From NCBI GenBank assembly GCA_963693055.1, contig OY843751.1, positions 864,001 through 928,000 of the forward strand: a DNA stretch of 64,000 bases, written 5' to 3'. The position numbers were made by a program, and so were the translations under genes. This document shows positions 20,562 to 30,383 of this stretch, piece after piece. Each line of letters begins with the position of its first letter. The first letter of the stretch is position 1. The notes beneath the pieces are model-generated. The model searched no databases, was not told the DNA's origin, and worked only from the letters and a program-made list of their open reading frames with translations. Source of the DNA: a bacterium (lineage in GTDB: Bacteria; Zhuqueibacterota; Zhuqueibacteria; Residuimicrobiales; Krinioviventaceae).

Positions 20562-22124
20562 TTATAATTCTATATTTATGGTTGTACCTTTGCCTTTTTC
20601 GCTATCTATAATAAATTTCCCACCATGTTCTGATATGATGCGATTCACTATAAAAAGTCCCAAGCCTGAGCCTTCTTTTTTTGTAGTATAATAGGGCTTT
20701 AATATTTTTTTTAACAATGCTTTTTCAATGCCTGTACCCTGATCCTGAATAATGATGCGAACTGAATGATCAGATGATTCTGCATTTGTTAATTCTAACC
20801 GAATGGGCGATTTATCTGGTGATGCTTCAATTGCATTTTTTAAAAGATTGTTGATAGCGCGTCTAATTTGCTCTCTGTCCAGATGAAGCGTTTGGTTAAC
20901 TGCATTGTTTTCATAATGTATAGGATAATCCTGATATAGTGCCACACAGTCTTTAATCAGCTCATCGATGTTTTCTTTTAGAAGCTCAAGCTGCGGCATT
21001 CTGGCAAACTCGGAAAAAGATGAGGCCAATCTTCTCATGGAGGCAATTTCTTCTTCAATAATTCGTACAGATGCAATCATATCAGGATACCCTTCACTAC
21101 CTTCAGGGATTGCGGTTTTAAGCCGGTAGAGAGACAATTCAATAGGAGTTAATGGGTTTTTAATCTCGTGCGAGATTTGCCTTGCTACATCACGCCAGGC
21201 TGCAGCGCGTTCTGCTTTTTTCAAATTCTCGCGGCTTATCTGCAATTCACTTGTCATATTGTTAAAGGATTCGATTAAAAATCCTATTTCATCTTTGGCT
21301 TTAATAATTACCCGATGCTCCAAATCGCCTTCACCTACTTGTTCCATGCCTTTTGCCAATCCCCGAATGGGTTCACTGATTCCTCCCGAGATTGCTTTTG
21401 CAAGCTGAAAAGATATAAGCGCCAGAATGATCATGAGTGCCAATGCAAGAAACCAAACCAGATGATTTTGCACAACCGTATCTCTGAAAAAGCTAAATGA
21501 AGTATAATTTTTTAGCAGTTGATTGATCTGTTGTATTGATAGCAGGGTTTGGGAATCAATTTTGTACCCAATAAACGCTATGATTGAATCTGGTAAATGG
21601 ATATAACTTTCGAAATAGTTTTCATTATTAAATTCTACAATTCGGGAGGTATTAGACCCAGAATGCGTTAATGTTTTTGCTATAGCTCTGCTTTGAATTA
21701 GCGGTTTATCAATTTGAGGATTATTGGATAAAAATTGATTTAATACCAAGCCTGAATCTGAAGGAGAATAGCTTCCAAAATAATCAATTTGATTGTTGTT
21801 GAGATTGTTCTGTTGTATGTCATGAAGATTTTGAATTGATTGAAAATATGTATTTCCTTTTTGTTCAAGGTTCTGCCTGAGGATTTCGAGAGACCTATTC
21901 AGCGCCTGATCAATTTCTGGTGGAGCTATAAGATTTGAACTGTTGATGATGAGAGAACTGAACAAAAATAAAAGCGGAATGATGGGCAATAGCATGAATA
22001 AATAGAAATAGACAGCCAGCCTTGCCTGAAATCTTGACTTTTTTCGGGTTTTAATTAAAGCCTGTGTGCTGTAACCCAAAATTATTATCAGCAGTAAAGT
22101 TATCCATATGAAGATGCTGTTCAT
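20562..22124 (-). CDS. HAMP-domain sensor histidine kinase (NtrY-like)
   Basis: HAMP (DEIGFLIESFNNM), AAWRDVARQISHEIKNPLTPI and GSGLGL. Confidence 0.9.
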   Translation of the reverse strand: MNSIFIWITLLLIIILGYSTQALIKTRKKSRFQARLAVYFYLFMLLPIIPLLFLFSSLIINSSNLIAPPEIDQALNRSLEILRQNLEQKGNTYFQSIQNLHDIQQNNLNNNQIDYFGSYSPSDSGLVLNQFLSNNPQIDKPLIQSRAIAKTLTHSGSNTSRIVEFNNENYFESYIHLPDSIIAFIGYKIDSQTLLSIQQINQLLKNYTSFSFFRDTVVQNHLVWFLALALMIILALISFQLAKAISGGISEPIRGLAKGMEQVGEGDLEHRVIIKAKDEIGFLIESFNNMTSELQISRENLKKAERAAAWRDVARQISHEIKNPLTPIELSLYRLKTAIPEGSEGYPDMIASVRIIEEEIASMRRLASSFSEFARMPQLELLKENIDELIKDCVALYQDYPIHYENNAVNQTLHLDREQIRRAINNLLKNAIEASPDKSPIRLELTNAESSDHSVRIIIQDQGTGIEKALLKKILKPYYTTKKEGSGLGLFIVNRIISEHGGKFIIDSEKGKGTTINIEL

Positions 22125-22145
22125 AGGGGCGCTGCCTTTTGTGGA

Positions 22146-23051
22146 TTAACCACCAATACGTTTACGCTTGATCAAATATTGCATTAAAGCGGTGTCAAAG
22201 GATTCATGTGTATCCATTAACGCGTAATCAATTCTGTTTGCCAGGCACTGGTCTTTATATGTTTTTAAAAAATCTGCCATAAGGGATTGATAATCTTCAC
22301 GTATATGCCAGGGTTGCGTTGCCATTTTTTCCCCGGTTTCCATATCTTCAAAGGTTGCATTGTGTTTAAATTGAAATGAACGTTCCATGGGATCCAAAAT
22401 TTGAAAGACGATAACCTCGTGTTTTTTATGCCTGAAATGTTTCAAGCCCGACAATACCCGTTCTGGGTTGTCGAGCATGTCTGACAGGATGATAATCAAA
22501 CCGCGGCGCTGTATGCGTTCCGCAAGTTGGTGAAAGGTTTCAGAGAGGTTTGTTTGCTTGCCAGTCTGGGTAGTTTGTAATTGTTGAAGAATCACATTCA
22601 GATACGTATGGACCGAACGTGGTGGAACATAATTGCGAATGCCTTGATCAAAAGTAACCAGCCCTACCGAATCTCTTTGCTTTAACATTAAATAAGTGAG
22701 TGATGCGGCCAGATATGATGCATATTGAAATTTGGTGATCTTTTGCGAAGTATAAGACATGGATGCGGAGGCATCCAGTAGAATATAGGCTTTGAGATTT
22801 GTTTCTTCTTCAAATTGTTTTACATAATATCTGTCAGTTTTACCGTATACCTTCCAATCCACATGACGGATATCATCCCCCGGCATGTATTGACGATGTT
22901 CTGCAAATTCAACACTGAATCCATGATACGGACTCTTGTGCAGACCGGTCATAAATCCTTCAACAACCAGACGTGCGATAAGGTTCATGTTTCCTAGACG
23001 AGATAACGCTTCAGGATTAAGATAGTTTATTGTTTCCTGGTTCTGGGCCAT
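22146..23051 (-). CDS. DUF58 (vWA-like) protein, MoxR partner
   Basis: GLHKSPYHGFSVEFAEHRQY, DWKVYG and LDASASM. Confidence 0.93.
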   Translation of the reverse strand: MAQNQETINYLNPEALSRLGNMNLIARLVVEGFMTGLHKSPYHGFSVEFAEHRQYMPGDDIRHVDWKVYGKTDRYYVKQFEEETNLKAYILLDASASMSYTSQKITKFQYASYLAASLTYLMLKQRDSVGLVTFDQGIRNYVPPRSVHTYLNVILQQLQTTQTGKQTNLSETFHQLAERIQRRGLIIILSDMLDNPERVLSGLKHFRHKKHEVIVFQILDPMERSFQFKHNATFEDMETGEKMATQPWHIREDYQSLMADFLKTYKDQCLANRIDYALMDTHESFDTALMQYLIKRKRIGG

Positions 23052-23054
23052 ATA

Positions 23055-24056
23055 TTATATCTGCTGTAAGAGTTTGTCAATTACATCTGTTGAAGAGATT
23101 CCCTCTGCTTCGGCGTTAAAAGTGGTTACCAGCCTATGACGTAAAACCGGTTTTGCAACAGCTTTAACATCTTCAATGTTAGGTGTTGGGCGTCCGTCAA
23201 GTACTGCACGTGTTTTTGCTCCTAATACCAGGAATTGAGACGCACGCGGACCGGCTCCCCAGTTGATCCATTCTTTGATGAATTTGGGGGCTTCGTCACT
23301 GTTTGGACGTGTCTGCCTGGACAATTTAACCGCAAAGCTTACCACATTGTCTGCTACCGGTACCCGTCTAACCAATGACTGTAATTGCGTAATATCTTGT
23401 GCGTTGAGGACTGTATTCAGTTCCGGAGTGTAGCCACTGGTTGTAGAGTGAACAATCTGTTCTTCTTCTTCAAGTGTGGGGTAATCAACCCAAAGATTAA
23501 ACATGAAACGGTCAAGTTGTGCTTCAGGAAGGGGATAAGTACCTTCCTGTTCAATGGGGTTTTGTGTTGCCAGCACGAAAAAAGGTTCATCCAGTTTCAG
23601 TGTTTCGCCTGCGGCGCTTACTTCGTGTTCCTGCATGGCTTGTAGTAAAGCCGACTGGGTTTTGGGCGGAGTTCGGTTAATTTCGTCTGCCAATACAATA
23701 TTTGCAAATACAGGGCCTTTTACAAATTTGAATGTTTTATGGCCGGTTGTCATGTCTTCTTCTATAACTTCTGTACCGGTTATGTCTGAAGGCATCAAAT
23801 CCGGAGTAAATTGAATACGGCTGAATTTTAAATCCAGTACTTTTGATAATGTACTGATTAATAAAGTTTTAGCCAGACCGGGCACGCCCACCAAAAGGCA
23901 GTGACCGCGGGATAATAACGAAATAAGCATTTCGTCTATGATCTGGTTTTGCCCAATGATTACTTTGCCAATTTCATTAACAATATCATCATGAGATTTT
24001 TTTAACGCTTTAACAATTTCAACATCATCATTATGATTAAAAGACGGTTTATGCAT
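23055..24056 (-). CDS. MoxR family AAA+ ATPase
   Basis: GVPGLAKT, RIQFTPDLMPSD, ADEINR and TYPLPEAQLDRF. Confidence 0.96.
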   Translation of the reverse strand: MHKPSFNHNDDVEIVKALKKSHDDIVNEIGKVIIGQNQIIDEMLISLLSRGHCLLVGVPGLAKTLLISTLSKVLDLKFSRIQFTPDLMPSDITGTEVIEEDMTTGHKTFKFVKGPVFANIVLADEINRTPPKTQSALLQAMQEHEVSAAGETLKLDEPFFVLATQNPIEQEGTYPLPEAQLDRFMFNLWVDYPTLEEEEQIVHSTTSGYTPELNTVLNAQDITQLQSLVRRVPVADNVVSFAVKLSRQTRPNSDEAPKFIKEWINWGAGPRASQFLVLGAKTRAVLDGRPTPNIEDVKAVAKPVLRHRLVTTFNAEAEGISSTDVIDKLLQQI

Positions 24057-24235
24057 TACGCCTCCGGATAGTCTTGATCACATTATATTATAGTCATGTA
24101 ACTATAGTCTTTACTTGTAGTTCCTTACAAATTATCAATTTTTTAGCCCAAAGTCAATGATGGAATAATTGAATAATATTTTTCATGAATTAAACTTTTT
24201 CTTGTAGCAGTAGCATAAAAACAGTAAATTCTGTT

Positions 24236-25270
24236 ATGGAAAATTTAAATTTAACAGGTATGTCTCTGCATGAACTGGAACGTTTTGCAGAATCTCTTGG
24301 AGAGAAAAAATTCAGGGGGCGCCAACTGTTCAGTTGGATATATGAAAAAAGGGCCAATTCTTTTTCTGAAATGACCAATCTGGCCAAGCCGTTGCGGGAG
24401 AAATTGGAACGCGATGCGGCTGTAGGGCATTTAGAGTTGGTTGAAAAAACAGAGTCTAAACAATCAGGCACACACAAGTTCTTATTCAAGCTTAAAGACG
24501 AGCATCTTGTAGAGAGTGTATACATACCCGATGAAGATCGTCGGACTTTGTGTATATCATCTCAAGTTGGATGTGCTTTGAATTGTGCTTTTTGTGCAAC
24601 TGCCAAGTTAAAGTTTAAACGGAATCTTGATACCGGGGAAATAGTAGATCAGGTATTGTTTGTAGAGCGGGATCTTGGAATTGAATTAACCAATATAGTG
24701 TTTATGGGAATGGGTGAACCGTTTATGAATTATGAAAATGTAATTCACGCAGCCCATTTGATCAATCATCCGGATGGAATTGGTATAGGTACCAGACATA
24801 TTGTGATCTCTACTGCTGGTGTTGTTAAAAACATATACCGCTATGCGGATGAAGGACACAAATATCGGCTTGCAGTTTCACTCAATTCACCGTATGATGA
24901 TGAACGGCAATCCATTATGCCTGTTGCAAAAAAATGGAATATGGAAGAATTGATTAACGCTGTTAGATACTATACCAAACGTTCAAAACAAATGTTGACC
25001 TTTGAATATGTTTTGTTTGATGGATTAAATGATTCCGCTGAACACGCAAGTGCATTAAAAAAGCTGGTTTCGCCATTGAATTGTAAACTGAATTTAATCC
25101 CTTATAATTCTGTACTGGACCAATTTAAACGGCCTTCTGCAAAGCGCATGGAGCTTTTTATGCAGCAATTGCATCCCCTGAATGCACCTGTATCTGTAAG
25201 ATGGAGCAAGGGGGATGATATTAGCGCAGCATGCGGGCAGTTGGCAGGGAAATACAAAAAATCCGGCTAG
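24236..25270 (+). CDS. rlmN: 23S rRNA m2A2503 methyltransferase (radical SAM)
   Basis: CISSQVGCALNCAFC, FMGMGEP and AACGQL. Confidence 0.96.
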   Translation: MENLNLTGMSLHELERFAESLGEKKFRGRQLFSWIYEKRANSFSEMTNLAKPLREKLERDAAVGHLELVEKTESKQSGTHKFLFKLKDEHLVESVYIPDEDRRTLCISSQVGCALNCAFCATAKLKFKRNLDTGEIVDQVLFVERDLGIELTNIVFMGMGEPFMNYENVIHAAHLINHPDGIGIGTRHIVISTAGVVKNIYRYADEGHKYRLAVSLNSPYDDERQSIMPVAKKWNMEELINAVRYYTKRSKQMLTFEYVLFDGLNDSAEHASALKKLVSPLNCKLNLIPYNSVLDQFKRPSAKRMELFMQQLHPLNAPVSVRWSKGDDISAACGQLAGKYKKSG

Positions 25271-25288
25271 TATTAAAAAGGGGCCATT

Positions 25289-25789
25289 ATGGAAAGATCC
25301 AGAAAAAAACTCGTTATTGGGGTAATGGGGGGCGGCCATATCTCAAAGAATAACTTTGAAATGGCAAGAGAACTTGGTGGCCTGATTGCGGAAAATGGAT
25401 GGATTTTACTGAATGGCGGTCGAGACGCGGGAATTATGAGAGCTTCGGCTGAAGGGGCAAAAAGCAAAGGCGGTTTGACAATTGGAATCTTGCCGGGTAT
25501 CAGCAAAGAACAAAGCAATCCATATATTGATATTCCAATTATAACCGGCATGTCTGATGCGCGTAACCTGATCAATGTTTTGAGTAGTGATATTATTGTT
25601 GCTTGTCCTGGGTCAGCGGGGACAATATCTGAAGTTGCGCTTGCCCTAAAAAATGGGAAACATGTGATTTTGTTGCAATTTGATTTACGAAACACATTTC
25701 CTGAATTTGTTTCAAATGGCCTGCTGACATATGCAGGTTCTCCACATGAGTGCATTTATTTGATCCATAGTCTTTATGAAAATGTTTAG
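25289..25789 (+). CDS. TIGR00725 family LOG/SLOG-like nucleotide-binding protein
   Basis: GGRDAGIM, TIGILPG, ARNLIN and GTISEVALAL. Confidence 0.88.
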   Translation: MERSRKKLVIGVMGGGHISKNNFEMARELGGLIAENGWILLNGGRDAGIMRASAEGAKSKGGLTIGILPGISKEQSNPYIDIPIITGMSDARNLINVLSSDIIVACPGSAGTISEVALALKNGKHVILLQFDLRNTFPEFVSNGLLTYAGSPHECIYLIHSLYENV

Positions 25790-25825
25790 CTCTTTTATTG
25801 GCTACTGTAATTTAATGTTACAACT

Positions 25826-26734
25826 ATGTTAACCATGATCTTAAAAAAGAGGGAAAGACAAATGAAAAGGTCTTGTAGTATTATTTTGTTTTTGTTGTTA
25901 ATTTTTTTCATGTCATGTGCCGGCGCATTATCAGGATTTCGTTCCAGTTCTACAAAGAATATAAGCAAGGCTCCTTACTATACCGGTAGTTCCAAAGCAA
26001 TTGTAGGAACAGTAGGGCATTTGCCTGTTGAAATGGATGTTCGTTTATACAACGATTTTTTTGAAAATAATCGTCGTGAAGAACTCGCACCCATAATAAA
26101 TGCAATGAACGAATATGTAGATTCGTTTAATGTGAGCAAACCTCTGGTTTACATTGATCTTGATCCTGACCAGGCGCCTGATATCTATGTGGGAAACCGT
26201 AATGCATTCAATTCACCTGCAACGGGTTCTGATCTTGGAGATATTTCCGAAACCCAGGAAATGATCATTTACCAGCTTGATCCGTCAAAAGCCTGGAAAG
26301 ACAGTCTGCTTGCAGTATCCGCCAAAGAGGATGTAAATGCTTTTATTTATATTACTATAGGATTCAGCGAGTATTTCTTGCGGATGAAAAATCTGTTGGG
26401 TAAAAAAGAGTTACAGATTGGTACCGGCTATACCCAGGATGCACCCTGGTTAAGTGATCTGGATACACCTGCAGAAGTGCTGCATGTTACCGGGGTTTTA
26501 CTGGATAAAAACGGTAAAATACTACGCTGTGGCTCAGAAGGATTAATAGCAAAACGAACCGGATTTTGGTCTTCTGTTTTTGATTTACAGGATTCGATAG
26601 ATGAAACAGAATTGAAAAATGTGCTTGAAAACGAAAAACGACAGGACCTTGATGGAGAACCTCTGGCATGGCAGGTAGCGCTCAATAATTTGGTAGCACA
26701 ATTACTTGAAAAAGAAGATATGATTATTCAATAA
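25826..26734 (+). CDS. Hypothetical lipoprotein
   Basis: Basic N-terminus + hydrophobic stretch + FMSC lipobox; start may be 25862. Confidence 0.6.
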   Translation: MLTMILKKRERQMKRSCSIILFLLLIFFMSCAGALSGFRSSSTKNISKAPYYTGSSKAIVGTVGHLPVEMDVRLYNDFFENNRREELAPIINAMNEYVDSFNVSKPLVYIDLDPDQAPDIYVGNRNAFNSPATGSDLGDISETQEMIIYQLDPSKAWKDSLLAVSAKEDVNAFIYITIGFSEYFLRMKNLLGKKELQIGTGYTQDAPWLSDLDTPAEVLHVTGVLLDKNGKILRCGSEGLIAKRTGFWSSVFDLQDSIDETELKNVLENEKRQDLDGEPLAWQVALNNLVAQLLEKEDMIIQ

Positions 26735-26746
26735 ATTAAACTTTTT

Positions 26747-27283
26747 TTATTTGAGTATTTTGATCAAAATTCCTGCAAGAAAAAAGGCAAATGCACCGCC
26801 AATAACAGCGGTAATAAATTGTGGCAGCGCCATCATTGCCAGAAATTGTGGTGAAAAGTTTTTACCAAACATTAATGGTACTAAAGTTTTTGCCGAATAA
26901 TAGAGAAACAGGAATTTGACAGTTGAACCCGCTAAAAGTCCGATCCAGTGTGCGGGGGATAGCAGCGGTGTTTTGTTGTGTAATTTGGTGGTTTTGAATG
27001 TTTTAATGAGAATGCCAAATATTGAAACCAACAATATATTTGCTGCTACAATAAAAGGCACCATGGGCAAAAAGACTGGGGGCAGTTGCCCTCTTATAAC
27101 TGCGGTCAAAGGTGTAATAATTCCCAATACAATACCGGCGGTAACATTTAACAATAATGTTGTCAATAACAACATGGTATTAACCAGAGGACCGGTTATG
27201 GGTTGTGGCAGTCCAACCATTTCAATTGCCAAAGTCAGAGATATTAGAATTACCAGACGTGTAATCGTTTTTGTACGGTTCAT
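26747..27283 (-). CDS. ECF transporter S component (substrate unknown)
   Basis: QPITGPLVN, PFIVAAN and PQFITAVIGG; six TM helices. Confidence 0.85.
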   Translation of the reverse strand: MNRTKTITRLVILISLTLAIEMVGLPQPITGPLVNTMLLLTTLLLNVTAGIVLGIITPLTAVIRGQLPPVFLPMVPFIVAANILLVSIFGILIKTFKTTKLHNKTPLLSPAHWIGLLAGSTVKFLFLYYSAKTLVPLMFGKNFSPQFLAMMALPQFITAVIGGAFAFFLAGILIKILK

Positions 27284-27518
27284 AGCTTTCTTCCACTTGT
27301 TGTTTTGAAAATAATACTAAAATTCACTCTGAAAAACAAATTTAATTTTACCTTGATTTCCATTTAAAAAAAAATTATTATATTAAAACGTTAAGGTACA
27401 ATTCTGCTTAACCTTGTTTTGTTAAATAAACTTTAATCTTTTCTGTATTCCTGTTGGGAGAATAAGCGCGGACAATCTGAATTCAAAACGCATACGGCCT
27501 GCTTATCCGGGTGTTTCA

Positions 27519-28226
27519 ATGGCTCATAAAGATACTAGTGTAGGAACCCTGGGGGCAGTAGTCAAAGACAATGAAACCGGCGAACTATTGTTGCTATCCA
27601 ACAACCATGTCTTTGCTAATTGTAATCGGGCAATGCCAGGAGATATTATTATTCAACCCTGTAAAGCAGATGGTGGAAATATTAAAGCTGATGCATTTGG
27701 TCGATTAGAAAGATTTATACCTTTAAAGATATCTAATTCAAACCATTCAGGTATATTGGAATCCTTTGGATGCAAAACAAGGGACTATATAACACTTTTT
27801 TTAGGACTTTGGAATACGGAATATTTTAGAACAAAGTATGGCAACAAAGTTGACGCAGCCGTAGTAATACCTAAAGATAAAAGTGAGATCTCTTTCCATA
27901 TTCCTGAAATTGGGCCGGTTAAGGGCGTATCAGAGCCAGCGACAGGTATGCAGGTGCAAAAATATGGCAGATCTACAGGATTAACAATGGGAGCTGTTAA
28001 ATATACCCATATGGATATACGCGTTAATTACCCCGATGGTACATCTGTATGGCTTGTGGATCAGATCGTAACCTCTAAAATGTCTGAATTTGGAGATTCC
28101 GGTGCGTTATTGCTGGATATGCAAAACCGCGCATTAGGCTTGTTGTGCGGAGGATCTGAAAAAGTCTCTGTTTTTAGTCCTATACAAACGGTTCTCGAAT
28201 TATTGAATATTAGTCTGGTGATATAA
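27519..28226 (+). CDS. Trypsin-like (S1, NAL1-like) serine protease; homology appears to extend upstream of the ATG
   Basis: Triad motifs LSNNHV, VDAA and GDSG; KYGRSTGLT; upstream in-frame RIRPAYPGVS. Confidence 0.8.
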   Translation: MAHKDTSVGTLGAVVKDNETGELLLLSNNHVFANCNRAMPGDIIIQPCKADGGNIKADAFGRLERFIPLKISNSNHSGILESFGCKTRDYITLFLGLWNTEYFRTKYGNKVDAAVVIPKDKSEISFHIPEIGPVKGVSEPATGMQVQKYGRSTGLTMGAVKYTHMDIRVNYPDGTSVWLVDQIVTSKMSEFGDSGALLLDMQNRALGLLCGGSEKVSVFSPIQTVLELLNISLVI

Positions 28227-30383
28227 ATGTCAGTTTTTAATTTAATACATCTTTTGGGATTTGGATTCGGTGCAACGCTGACCATAATTATTATTGTGCT
28301 GACTATGCAAAAAACGCCAAAGTTCTATGATGATTACTTGCTAGGTATTGTTTTAAGCATGTGTTTATTGTGGCTGGGTGGTAATTTTATTGCACTGCTG
28401 GGTGGTTTTTTATTCGGAAGTGTGCTTATGGTGGAGATCAATGCGTTACTTTTGGTTTCATACCTCGGCTTGTTATGTATACCTTCGGCATTAATACATG
28501 GATTAACCGGTATTCTGCTTAGGGTTAAAGACAATCTGTCTTCTTTTTCCAAATTATACCAGGTGATCTTTGTTCTGGTTGTTTATGCACCCGTTGTTGT
28601 ATTTATTGTATTAGCCCTGCAATTTTATCTTAATCCCTATCTCAGGCTGCAACTTGATGATGTTTTAAGGACCCCGTTTTATTTGTGGGTATTGTTTTCA
28701 TTGGTTGTAGCAGTTATTATTTGTGAAAATCTTGCGCGCAGTCACCCCATGAAATCTGATCGATATTTTTTCAGAGACCTTTCAATATCACTTGCCGCTT
28801 TGGGAATTGGTATAATTGTTGTTTATATAATACCTTCTTATCGCATTTCATATGTTGGCAGATATTTAAATATGACGATGCGCATCTCTCCATCATATCC
28901 GCTTGCGATAATGGCATATTACGTTTATCGATACAATTTCTATCGGTTGGTAATCAAGCCTAGCCTTGTGTATTCTATTATTTATGGTACGGTGATGGCC
29001 ATCTATTTACTCGGAATCAGAAGGTTGGGAGAATATTTAAAACAATATCCCGAGGTGAATTCCGAGTTTATTGAAGGTATTCTTTTAATTGCCCTTGTTT
29101 TTGCGTTTCAGCCTTTCCGGCAATTGATACAAAATCGTCTAGACCGGATATTTTTCAGAGACCGGCATTTTTATCAGCAGGTATTGCGCGAATTGTCTGA
29201 TGCGATAATTGGTATTGTTGATCTGGAAAAACTGTTAACAACTATTAGTGATTCTTTATCAAAAGCTTTTAAATCAAGATCTATAACCATTGTTGTTTTT
29301 CAATATCAGGGTAAAAAACCTGAAATTTATAAAACTGTTGGACATCAGAATTTTAATGATTTTTTCGGGCTAGTACGTGCGTTTATGGCCACCCGAAAAA
29401 TGCGTCTCAGACAACAAATTAAGGATATGCGGGTAGTTAGAGAGCTAGAGGTAAACAATCTTGAACTGGCTGTGCCGGTTTTTTATCAAAAAGAAATGAT
29501 GGGAATGATCTGTTTAGAAGAAAAGCAGACAGGTATTCCGTATTCTGAGAATGAAATCGATATGCTTCAAACTTTTGCAAATCAAATTGGTCTTGCTGTG
29601 GAAAACGCACGTCTGGTACAGGAACGGTTAAATCTGGAAGCCAGAATTTATCAGGCAGAAAAATTGAATTCATTGGGCCAGTTGGCAACAACCATGTCTC
29701 ATGAAATTAAAAATCCATTATCTTCAATAAACAGTATTATTCAGGTACTATTCGAAAGTGCACAAGGTGAGGAACAAAAAGACCTTGAAATCGTTTTGAA
29801 CGAGATACAGCGTTTAAATAATATATTGAAAAAATTATTAACATTTTCAAAACCAACAGATGGTACTTTGGACAGAGTTTCATTGCGTGAAATGGTGCAG
29901 GATGTTATCTCTTTATTGAAATTTCAAGCAAACAAATACAATATTTTAATCAGGGTAAATGATTTTCCCGATCATGCATTTATATATGCCAACAATCAGT
30001 CTGTGCGTGAAATTATATTTAATTTGGTGTTAAACGCTATGCAATCCATTGACAATGAGGGGCATATTGAATTGGAACTGGAGGGACTGGAAAACGTAAA
30101 ACCGTTGAGGAAAATTTCAAAACGTGTTGATATATCTGATGTTAAAAAATGGTATTGCTTGACGGTTTTGGATGATGGGCCTGGTATTACAAAAGCAAAT
30201 TTAAGGCATATTTTTGATCCCTTTTTTACAACCAAAAGTTCGGGAAGTGGATTAGGGCTTTCTATTGTTAAAAAGAATGTAGAAGATTTTGGTGGTTTTA
30301 TACAGGTTAAAAGTCAGATAAAAAAGGGAACGGCGTTTAGTGTCTACTTTCCCGTACACGAACAAGAGTTGCAAAATGGATGA
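28227..30383 (+). CDS. Multi-TM GAF sensor histidine kinase (PrsK-like architecture)
   Basis: About 8-9 TM helices, GAF (FANQIGLAVENARL), HEIKNPL and FDPFFTTK..GSGLGL. Confidence 0.9.
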   Translation: MSVFNLIHLLGFGFGATLTIIIIVLTMQKTPKFYDDYLLGIVLSMCLLWLGGNFIALLGGFLFGSVLMVEINALLLVSYLGLLCIPSALIHGLTGILLRVKDNLSSFSKLYQVIFVLVVYAPVVVFIVLALQFYLNPYLRLQLDDVLRTPFYLWVLFSLVVAVIICENLARSHPMKSDRYFFRDLSISLAALGIGIIVVYIIPSYRISYVGRYLNMTMRISPSYPLAIMAYYVYRYNFYRLVIKPSLVYSIIYGTVMAIYLLGIRRLGEYLKQYPEVNSEFIEGILLIALVFAFQPFRQLIQNRLDRIFFRDRHFYQQVLRELSDAIIGIVDLEKLLTTISDSLSKAFKSRSITIVVFQYQGKKPEIYKTVGHQNFNDFFGLVRAFMATRKMRLRQQIKDMRVVRELEVNNLELAVPVFYQKEMMGMICLEEKQTGIPYSENEIDMLQTFANQIGLAVENARLVQERLNLEARIYQAEKLNSLGQLATTMSHEIKNPLSSINSIIQVLFESAQGEEQKDLEIVLNEIQRLNNILKKLLTFSKPTDGTLDRVSLREMVQDVISLLKFQANKYNILIRVNDFPDHAFIYANNQSVREIIFNLVLNAMQSIDNEGHIELELEGLENVKPLRKISKRVDISDVKKWYCLTVLDDGPGITKANLRHIFDPFFTTKSSGSGLGLSIVKKNVEDFGGFIQVKSQIKKGTAFSVYFPVHEQELQNG

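Noticed and set aside
24190-25755. Antisense ORFs over rlmN and TIGR00725 (and similar short shadow ORFs throughout the track)
   Set aside because: They overlap well-supported genes on the opposite strand or frame and have no motifs or RBS.
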